A DNA stretch of 32,000 nucleotides. It comes from an uncultured archaeon (GTDB taxonomy: Archaea; Asgardarchaeota; Thorarchaeia; Thorarchaeales; Thorarchaeaceae). The DNA is taken from assembly GCA_964648855.1 (NCBI GenBank), contig CAZYLT010000001.1:180001-212000 (forward strand), read 5' to 3'. The notes beneath the pieces were generated by a model. That model had not been told where the DNA came from and did no database searches. It worked only from the letters and a program-made list of their open reading frames with translations. The position numbers and the translations under genes were made by a program. Of this stretch, positions 8,101 to 15,350 are shown piece after piece; positions within the stretch are counted from its first letter, which is position 1, and every line of letters starts with the position of its first letter.

Positions 8101-11100
8101 TCAAGAAGTCAGCCAAAGCTCCTGTAGCTTCCTGATAGTTGACTTTTGAACAGGTGATTGTTACATTCCAATCACCCACAGGCAAGAGATCCTTGTTGAA
8201 GGTGTACGTGAATTGCTCCCCAATTTCGGACAAAGTTCGACTCACATTTAGATATGAAGTGCCAGCATCAGTGTACCATCTGATTGTCACAGATACTCCA
8301 CTCAGACCGGCATCAGTGTTGTTTCCAGGTAGATTGAAGACGTATGAAAATGTCAAGGAATGAGGTGTGGTATCCCAATCATAGTCAACTACACTCAAAT
8401 CTGTTACAAGCATCGGCACTTCTGAAATCTCTAATGAAATGGTAAAAGTCTGGTTGACATAGTTTCTCTTTTCTAGCGAGATGCTCATTGAGTAACTGCC
8501 CACCGGCAAGTCATTCAAGGCCGTAGCAGATAGCGAGTATGAACCATTTGCATTATCCACCAAGTCTCCTGAGTAGCTTGTGCCAATCACCAAGAAGGAA
8601 TATGTTCCAAGACCCGTCACATTCGCATCATTATCTGAGTCATATAACCAGAATAAGTACTCCGAATGAGTGTTGTAGTATTCGGCGATTGTACTGGTTT
8701 CTTTTCCAGCACTGGTTCTGGCGGGATTCACATCGATGTAGATAGTCATCGGCGATGGATCGTTATAACTGGCGCTGTCAGAGTGAGCTCTCACGGTCAT
8801 TACGTATTGACCATCGATGACATTGAGGCCCCACGCAGTGGCATTAATGACGATGCTGAAGTTAATGGAAGAAGTACTAGTTATCCAAGTGCCGCTCCCA
8901 GCCCAAGTATCTTCGAAATAGGTCACACCATCATAGCTGACAGAAATATTCAGCCATGTCTTCGTAGATATTTCGGAGGTTGTCGTTTCTCCATCCCTGT
9001 CATACCATCCGACGACTAGTCCAGAGTTGTTTGTATTCCAACGGATATTAACAATACTAAGAGTTGAATTCAATTCAGTGTAAGCATCGGGATATGCGGG
9101 CGTCGTTATGTTAATCCAGTTGAAGTACTCCCAATCATAATCCACCTTTGCTCCAAGTAGCTGTGCACTTTCATCACCTGAAACTACGGTAATATTGTAA
9201 GATACCGGGGAATAATATGGTGATGAGATATTTCCATGGATATAGTAGAATATTATCCAGCCAGTGCTGTTTGTTTTGCCCTGAGCAATAGGATTCAGTG
9301 AAGGTGTTCCATCCACGAGTGTTACATTTACGTCGGCATTGGATACGGGGTAGTCTTCACCTTGTTCAGTAGTGACCCTTATCCTTAGCTGGCTTATTGG
9401 TAGTTCAACAGTCTTTGATTCATATCCCTGAAGATCGTTGATTGTTTCGGTATCATTTAAGGCAGTAGGTGTATCTCCATAGAGATCATCTTTGGTTACC
9501 TCAATGCTCCAAGTACCGTTTACAATCCTATAGAATGTGAATTGACCTGAGGAGTTTGTCCATTTCGTGATTTGGTAGCCAGTTTCATTCTGATTATCGA
9601 TTACAACCATTGCATTGTCAACAGGGAGATCATCCCAACTCTCTACGTAGATATCGAGTGTGGTGAGAGGTAGTACCCAATCCGGATGTTCGAAGGATCC
9701 AGATGAGAACTCATCGACTGATAGAGACCAACTTCCAAACTTATCCATGTCCGAGTAGAGATAGCTATCAACAGGCCCATCATATCTAACAAAAACATTG
9801 TAGTCAGCAGCAGGCATTCTATAGAATCTCGCCCATCCGGTACTATTAGTTTCCTCGTAATGCAGGAATACATCTGGGCTGCTACCATTGGTAACACGGA
9901 CAGTAGTTGTATCATCCGGGGTTGCATCCATGGAATTGCCCATCAAATCCTCAAAGTGAAGACTGAAGCTCGCCATTTCCAGCGTGATTTCAATAGGTGT
10001 TACTGATCCAGTTATTGCATGGTCAGAAGTATTGGTCACCCAAATGGAACCAGATGGAGTCGGAGAAAGCCAGTTAGAAGCATCTATCCTCGTTCTCACT
10101 TCGTAGGTTGCATTTAGAAGGCCCTCGAATATTACCAGGCCGTTAGAATCGGTTACACCGGTTCGATTTCTGCCCTGTTCATCCAACCATAGCGTACTGT
10201 CTGTGGAATTGTGGAGTGTAACTTGTGCCCCTTCAACGGGGACTCCGTCTAGGTCAACAACAGTAATATCGAACTCGAATAAATGACGCTCATCGCCTTG
10301 TACAATGGCAAGACCATTCTCATCAGCCTCAGGCGTGTATGCAGGCACATGCCACCCGTATCCCGTATCGCTTGTTGGATTATAGGGCGAGGAGGTAGAG
10401 AATAATCCAAGATCAACTACTCCAATACTCGCATTGGATTCAATATGATAGAGTGACATACTTGAGGCGACAGGACGAAATGCTGCCATTCCGCCTGCAG
10501 GTATCTCAAGAGTCCCACCATTATATCCGGTAACCTTGACTTCTGCATTCTCCAAAGCCACAATCATGAACTTGTAGGAATTAATACCCCAGAGTTTGAA
10601 GGAAGAGCCGAATCGATGTCCTGAAGTAGTGGGTATCCAATCCCCTGCGTCTCTGGCATTTGTTGGGTCATAGAGACCTTCCACCATGAATGTATCTCCA
10701 GAATTGCGAGCCTTCAAGTGAAGAATGTCCTCTGGGTTAGTATCGCTTGCCGTTCCGGGATTGATTGATTGTGAGCTGTTGGCGGATATATCGAGATAAC
10801 CACCATATGACCATCCTGAGCCTGAATTTCTCCACCAGTCCACAATTATCGTGGTTTCTTCTAGGTTTGTGACTCGTGTTCTGTCCTTGGAGTGACCCAT
10901 GTCAATTGTATAGAACTCGTTTCCTGCAAGCCGACCATCAATTGCGGGATAAAACCCCCAGATATCTCTCGCATGTGACGCATCATCGTCACCGGCCCTG
11001 ATGGATACTGGCTTCGTTGAATTTACTTTCTTATAAGCAGTATAGAGAACATCTCCCTTGCTGATATACTCTCCCGCATCCAAAGTCACTGGCCAATCGG

Positions 11101-12136
11101 TATCTGATATTGACGTTTGATTATAGAATGCCCATCCGGACTCTGCGGAGCCAGATATGCTGGTAACCCAGACATCGGTGTCGTTCTCGTGAGCTTGAAT
11201 CCAGTACATTCCCTCATTTCTATCATCAAATCCTTCGACACCCCCGATGACAAAATGAGTTCCAGTCCCTTGGCTCATTTCATTTACCCCTGGGAACCAG
11301 TCATTCATTGCAGAATTGGAGCCCTCATCTCCTTGACCCATGCTGACAGCCATCGGAAAGTTAGAGTATATCGCATAATAACCATGGAATAGGGAATACG
11401 AGTAGCTACTTGGTTCATAGCGAGCAGCATCATATTGGTCAAGAGTGCCGTTTGGAACATTGCTTGGATACACGCTTCCGCTAGTTCCAGACCATCGGTC
11501 ATCAAGGTTCCTTGGATCGTCCCATGTCTTGCTTGAGGGGTCATACATCTCAATGAGGTAGTTGTTATCATCATAATACGAAACTAGACTCAGGAGAGAG
11601 AATGTGTAGCTCTTGTAGATGAATGGATAGAATTCAGGATAACTCACAGACCCGACATCTTCTTTGGCGTAATAGACATAGTAATTCTGCTCAGTTGCTC
11701 CCTCGGAAACATTGACCATAAAGCTGACCCTAGTTGAGAGAATGTAGTTGCCAGTTTCATCATAGGTAGTATTCCAAGTTTGGAATGGTAGCAGAGTCCA
11801 GTCGGGGTCGTTATAGTACGCCACGCGTATAGAATCACTGTAGCAATGACCCTCGACGAATGTGAGATACAGATGAACGGGAGAGAGGGTGCGAGAAGAA
11901 ATGCCTGGTTCTGTGAAATTGAAATAGCGTCTGTAGATATATGTGCTATTCCACCAATTTGCCTCGTCTTGAATGCCCGCAACTTCTAGATTACCATGAC
12001 GAATTTGTAGTGAATTGTCCGCATCTAGAACTGGATTCTGATTTACAGCATTAGTTGAAGGATTGCCCGTTGCCAGAGGAAGCAACAACACTATTGCAAG
12101 TGCTGCTAGTATGAGGAATTTAGTCGAACGCTTCAA
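5120..12136 (-). CDS. Giant type-I membrane/surface glycoprotein (2338 aa): signal peptide, DUF2341-like, IgGFc-binding-like, carboxypeptidase-regulatory-like and Ig-like repeats, one TM helix, acidic tail
   Basis: Signal MKRSTKFLILAALAIVLLLPLATG; WWNSTYIYRR; repeats such as DLDGVPVEGAQVTL...TDSNG; about 100-aa beta-rich repeats; many N-x-S/T sequons; TM LLQTILIMTGIFVVVGAIAVGY; E/D-rich C-terminus. The TTG start abuts the upstream TAG. Domain names were assigned by eye. Confidence 0.92.
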   Translation of the reverse strand: MKRSTKFLILAALAIVLLLPLATGNPSTNAVNQNPVLDADNSLQIRHGNLEVAGIQDEANWWNSTYIYRRYFNFTEPGISSRTLSPVHLYLTFVEGHCYSDSIRVAYYNDPDWTLLPFQTWNTTYDETGNYILSTRVSFMVNVSEGATEQNYYVYYAKEDVGSVSYPEFYPFIYKSYTFSLLSLVSYYDDNNYLIEMYDPSSKTWDDPRNLDDRWSGTSGSVYPSNVPNGTLDQYDAARYEPSSYSYSLFHGYYAIYSNFPMAVSMGQGDEGSNSAMNDWFPGVNEMSQGTGTHFVIGGVEGFDDRNEGMYWIQAHENDTDVWVTSISGSAESGWAFYNQTSISDTDWPVTLDAGEYISKGDVLYTAYKKVNSTKPVSIRAGDDDASHARDIWGFYPAIDGRLAGNEFYTIDMGHSKDRTRVTNLEETTIIVDWWRNSGSGWSYGGYLDISANSSQSINPGTASDTNPEDILHLKARNSGDTFMVEGLYDPTNARDAGDWIPTTSGHRFGSSFKLWGINSYKFMIVALENAEVKVTGYNGGTLEIPAGGMAAFRPVASSMSLYHIESNASIGVVDLGLFSTSSPYNPTSDTGYGWHVPAYTPEADENGLAIVQGDERHLFEFDITVVDLDGVPVEGAQVTLHNSTDSTLWLDEQGRNRTGVTDSNGLVIFEGLLNATYEVRTRIDASNWLSPTPSGSIWVTNTSDHAITGSVTPIEITLEMASFSLHFEDLMGNSMDATPDDTTTVRVTNGSSPDVFLHYEETNSTGWARFYRMPAADYNVFVRYDGPVDSYLYSDMDKFGSWSLSVDEFSSGSFEHPDWVLPLTTLDIYVESWDDLPVDNAMVVIDNQNETGYQITKWTNSSGQFTFYRIVNGTWSIEVTKDDLYGDTPTALNDTETINDLQGYESKTVELPISQLRIRVTTEQGEDYPVSNADVNVTLVDGTPSLNPIAQGKTNSTGWIIFYYIHGNISSPYYSPVSYNITVVSGDESAQLLGAKVDYDWEYFNWINITTPAYPDAYTELNSTLSIVNIRWNTNNSGLVVGWYDRDGETTTSEISTKTWLNISVSYDGVTYFEDTWAGSGTWITSTSSINFSIVINATAWGLNVIDGQYVMTVRAHSDSASYNDPSPMTIYIDVNPARTSAGKETSTIAEYYNTHSEYLFWLYDSDNDANVTGLGTYSFLVIGTSYSGDLVDNANGSYSLSATALNDLPVGSYSMSISLEKRNYVNQTFTISLEISEVPMLVTDLSVVDYDWDTTPHSLTFSYVFNLPGNNTDAGLSGVSVTIRWYTDAGTSYLNVSRTLSEIGEQFTYTFNKDLLPVGDWNVTITCSKVNYQEATGALADFLTVSRAPTNLEVVGSDSQTIDWLDSATYQVNYTRTSGNAGLDDATFTHTWDDTVSLTYEGNGIYTVSVGGAFDSGTYIFELNLSKSNHESYMVPLTINIRVPLFIEAEYGSAENPLEVYWTQSFSLEILLLDQSIGAPVDGATVSYNWFLESVIDQSGDLDDFSGGIYNKSLDANDAVPQEDLYEIEIVATKAGATSDSTTIFVRILAVPNEIVLELDYYEKYYADVFEVRFYWNNTLDNAPVLSPDLASYYLVDLDTAIVDTNDYGDGTYGFTVDTRGLGMNVFGEGPVYVIQIEMTKLGFEMHDFTTVIILVQETDASLVIDPIDPVNWSASFDITAHLYDDRHGGLIWENAIVTVSWGTMSLELDNNGDGSFTGTIESDEWFSASENPYNLDFTYTMPNFVDNTNDTDVTVVPVEGAIFRDELTTPESVEIKWTNEFNLRVNVNNIYGGNVSIDGATVYYVWSGFPTVYLLNYQPTSHDYSAVVSSDQVPAGDHTLIVKVANENYTIPDLELPVTVLPVDTSLDPESLSYEVFYRTTGLDIMLTYEIDDTEVDLTGSLTGATITMQFAGTTYTATYQSSSQMYRLTFNPSEVDVSEVPGVITLNISATLQNYTTQSVAPVLSIYSETSLVAPDVVAEEGDTFLIAIEYLDISSDSPIGPSTISSLTLQTPTTEFTLSAGDFEFNGTHYVIELTSSQIGDVRAEPYQLLASASAPMYRNQTEQVIRVTISEQTIGILGIVRLPVSLLQTILIMTGIFVVVGAIAVGYQRWKIPFQIKQINGALKDIEDGDRAEVEGLKNMGEVISDLLAPGLAELDMGAPTIDVSPEQEFEELGGEADELLGELDALDEIDGLGEEMADIEATDYEEELSEELDSMMEEEEAIEEENLEEEAPPEEEPLDEDEAEELEWDAEDVQEEATHEGTELEDIKKEPVEEEPAVSDVEETEEASDEDKSTEDETTEEEVVDGELPSDEDVPSEELESEEDVSEDSAE

Positions 12137-13300
12137 CTATTCCACCTCCATGGTTGCAGATGCATTGACAGGATGAAAGTTCTTCAGCACTTCCAGATAG
12201 TGAGTCGCTTGTCTGCTGGGAATGTCTTCATCATTATACAGATGGACAGTCCGTTCTATCAGCCACTCAGGATATACTGTCACGACCTCGGGGCTGCAGT
12301 TCAGCATAACATGCTCTCGACCGTCCTCGTCATTAATTCTAAGCACAATGTTCCCCTTCTCTAGCTTTGTTATCACTTTTCGAATCTTGGACTTCGTCTC
12401 ATCAAGCAGGTCCGGTAGGTCTTCTGTGAGCTGCGGACTTTTTCTGAGAATCTTGATAAGGTCATAGGCATCGAAGTCAAGGAGATATTCTGCAAGTTCT
12501 TCTGCTTCAAGCCAAATAGTTTCAGAGAGATCACGCCGGAGCCGTGCGATGTAGTTCTTGTGGTAGCGCTTAGCAGTACTCAAGTACTGTTCACCAACCT
12601 CCGAAGAAAATCCACCCGACCGCACCTGTTTGAGTGTTGCTGGAGATGTCTTCCGGAGGATGAGTATAGCTCTAACAAGATAGATCACCTCAGTTGAGAG
12701 TCCCTCAACCCATCCAGTGGCGATTATGCCCATCTTCACCAAAGGACGGAGAACTATATCCATATCGATTTTCTTACCGACTTCTTCAAAGATGATTTGT
12801 TCGAGGTCGCTTGATTCAATTGTACCATTCCGAGTTAGGGTCTGAAGAATGGCTCGGCGAACGGGATCGTTCAACACGGATGCCTGCTGTTGCTCTGGTG
12901 TCATCATGGTATACCGAGCTATCTGCTTGTACAGCTTTGGCACCATGGCCTTGTAATTATCATCTTCCGTATTCAAGAAAATCTGAGTTGCAATTTCAGG
13001 TAACGCATCCTTGTAAACCTCTGGGGCTTCATCAGGATCCAGAACCAAGAACACCATGGAGGGTTTTCCCTTCATGTGCATGTTCAACCCACCATAATAC
13101 ACGGCAAGTTTGAAGTCGTCGAACGAAAGGGATGTAAATCCTGGCTTCTGAGACTCTTCAGTTTCTCCGAGGGTGGCAATTCCGTATACTCTCATACTCG
13201 TCGTGGGATCCAACCCAGTCTTGAAATTCTTGGGTGTTTTGGCAGTGACTACCGGACCGAGTTCATCGTCCCACTTTAAAACAGCTAATCCTTTGGGCAT
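12137..13300 (-). CDS. uDENN/longin-like plus winged-helix protein (NPRL2-like architecture)
   Basis: N-terminal LAVLKWDDELGPVVTAKTP resembles the uDENN/NPRL2 'F-x-x-x-x-GP' start. Two wHTH-like segments follow: LNDPVRRAILQTL... and YDLIKILRKSP...IRKVITKLEKGNIV. The CDS is secure; the family call is moderate. Confidence 0.8.
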   Translation of the reverse strand: MPKGLAVLKWDDELGPVVTAKTPKNFKTGLDPTTSMRVYGIATLGETEESQKPGFTSLSFDDFKLAVYYGGLNMHMKGKPSMVFLVLDPDEAPEVYKDALPEIATQIFLNTEDDNYKAMVPKLYKQIARYTMMTPEQQQASVLNDPVRRAILQTLTRNGTIESSDLEQIIFEEVGKKIDMDIVLRPLVKMGIIATGWVEGLSTEVIYLVRAILILRKTSPATLKQVRSGGFSSEVGEQYLSTAKRYHKNYIARLRRDLSETIWLEAEELAEYLLDFDAYDLIKILRKSPQLTEDLPDLLDETKSKIRKVITKLEKGNIVLRINDEDGREHVMLNCSPEVVTVYPEWLIERTVHLYNDEDIPSRQATHYLEVLKNFHPVNASATMEVE

Positions 13301-13554
13301 CTTTATTATCTCTCCATTTTCCTAACTGGAACCAACTTCTGTCTTGGACTTCTGTTCCGAGGTGGATCACGCTTCAATCAGACAACCGCAATATCCATCT
13401 CGTCGCCTGGTTCTTTTGGTCATAATTGGATGTCCAAGTCCCTGTTGGGCCAAATATGGTCAGACCTATGTTACCCTTAAGACAGGATAGTTAATTAATA
13501 AGAAAATCCCGTTTATATGGAGAAATCTTCCAGATTAGGTGTTCGCTGGAAATA

Positions 13555-14736
13555 TTATTTATCTGTTCGTTCCAAAATAGCCACAATCATATTATTTCCG
13601 AATCCGCCAATATTGTGTGTAAACCCTCTACATGCATTAGGAACCTGCAGGGCTTTAGGAGCTCCATTTATGAGTTGTAGGAAAACATCATGGATCTGAG
13701 CAACACCGGTCGCACCAGTCGGATGGCCCCGTGACTTCAGGCCTCCGGTTGTGTTGATTGGCGTCTTACCGTCAACCTCAGCATCTCCCGATTTGATTAT
13801 TTCAATGCCTTGCCCCTTTTTAGCCAGCCCCACATCCTCGATGTCAATAATCTCCAAGATGGAGAATGCATCATGCAGTTCAAATACGTCTATGTCTTCA
13901 GGGCGCATCTTTGCCATTCTGAATGCATCTCTCGCTGCTTTCACCGTTGCCGATAGAGATGTAAGGGAATCTCTGTGCTGGACTGCCAGGAAATCGGTTG
14001 CATGTCCTATTCCCTTGATTGTAGCCGAGTCGCCGATGACACCCAACGTTCTTGCTTTATCAGCAGATGCTAGTACAAGGCTGGCTGCCCCGTCGCTAGT
14101 TGGACAACAATCAAAGAGAGTAAGGGGGCTCGATACTATGGGGCTTTCGTTCACCTTTTCCACAGTAATCTCTTTTTGAAAGTGGGCTAAGGAATTTCTC
14201 GCTCCGTTTCTATGAGCCTTTACAGGAACTAGGGATAACTCATTGCGAGTGAGTCCATAATCATGCAGATATCGGCAAGCAATTAGGGCCGCCAAGGAAG
14301 CTGGTGTTGCGCCGTAGCGGGTTTCATTCTCTCTCGATATCATCTTGGCGAGGATAGCGGATGCTCGTTCACGAGAAACCTCTGACATCTTCTCCACACC
14401 GATGACCAAGACTAATTCCGCTAAACCAGAACGAATCATAGCAAAACCAGCCTCGAATGCACTTGCACCTGATGAAGGTCCGCTCTCAATACGACTCCCC
14501 CCAGCTGGAACGATACCCAACTCATCAGCCATTAGAGTCGATAAATGACCTACTCCAGTAAATTCATCGGGATTCTGAGAAGCTACGAAGATATGGTCGA
14601 TTTTTTCTCCAGATGCCTGAGAGTCCTCGAGTGCCTTAATTGATGCCTCCTTGGCGAGGTCTACAATGGATTCATCCAAGCGCCCGAAATTGGTCATTCC
14701 AGCCCCAATGATATGAACAGGTTCCAACACAACCAC
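13555..14736 (-). CDS. Thiolase-superfamily protein (SCP2/archaeal type) lacking the catalytic cysteines
   Basis: IIGAGMTNFG, DCCPTSDGAA, ELHDAF, GGLKSRGHPTGATG and HNIGG motifs. The nucleophile loop reads ESGPSSG. Confidence 0.92.
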   Translation of the reverse strand: MVVLEPVHIIGAGMTNFGRLDESIVDLAKEASIKALEDSQASGEKIDHIFVASQNPDEFTGVGHLSTLMADELGIVPAGGSRIESGPSSGASAFEAGFAMIRSGLAELVLVIGVEKMSEVSRERASAILAKMISRENETRYGATPASLAALIACRYLHDYGLTRNELSLVPVKAHRNGARNSLAHFQKEITVEKVNESPIVSSPLTLFDCCPTSDGAASLVLASADKARTLGVIGDSATIKGIGHATDFLAVQHRDSLTSLSATVKAARDAFRMAKMRPEDIDVFELHDAFSILEIIDIEDVGLAKKGQGIEIIKSGDAEVDGKTPINTTGGLKSRGHPTGATGVAQIHDVFLQLINGAPKALQVPNACRGFTHNIGGFGNNMIVAILERTDK

Positions 14737-15291
14737 CTACTCAATGAGAATCAACAAATCACTGGGTACGACAGACATGCCTGGTTCCACATTTACTTCC
14801 ATAACTTTGCCAGACTTGGGCGCCTTCAGTTCGTTGAACATTTTCATGGCTTCAAGAATGCACAGCGTATCGCCTTCTTGTACTGCATCATTGACAACAA
14901 CATGGACTTCTGTTATTTTTCCAGGCATTGGAGGGTAGATCCCGTCAGGATTCTTGGCTCCTGCGGATGACGATGGCGAGACCGGAACACGGGTATCCGC
15001 CTTCTTTGCTCGTATCCACTCTAACGTATACTCTTCACCATCTAATTGGATTGATACAGTATTGCCAGACCGTTTTAGTACTTCCACTTGGTGATCCGTT
15101 GTCCTGTCATTCACGATCCAAACGCCATCTTCTCCCTTTGTAGGTTTCATGGTAAAGCTTTGGTCACCTATTTTGACAACAACCACTCCACCCTCATCCA
15201 ACAAGTCGACCTCGACATCATAAGTCACATCGGCTAGTTTGGCTTTGTATTCAGGACTCATTGTTGACCACTTGATACGTTCTCCTATCAT
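14737..15291 (-). CDS. Biotin carboxyl carrier protein (likely start ATG 15261)
   Basis: PPMPGKI...EAMKMFNELKAPKSGKV biotinyl domain, P/S/A-rich linker and beta-rich N-terminal domain. Confidence 0.93.
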   Translation of the reverse strand: MIGERIKWSTMSPEYKAKLADVTYDVEVDLLDEGGVVVVKIGDQSFTMKPTKGEDGVWIVNDRTTDHQVEVLKRSGNTVSIQLDGEEYTLEWIRAKKADTRVPVSPSSSAGAKNPDGIYPPMPGKITEVHVVVNDAVQEGDTLCILEAMKMFNELKAPKSGKVMEVNVEPGMSVVPSDLLILIE

Positions 15292-15350
15292 CAGGCATTT
15301 TAATTATGCCCTCATTTCATTTACCCTGTTTGATGTTGATATTGATTGTA

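Noticed and set aside
5900-10280. Repeats in the giant gene as DNA tandem repeats or a DGR target
   Set aside because: The repeats are visible only at protein level. No near-identical DNA pair or reverse transcriptase was seen.
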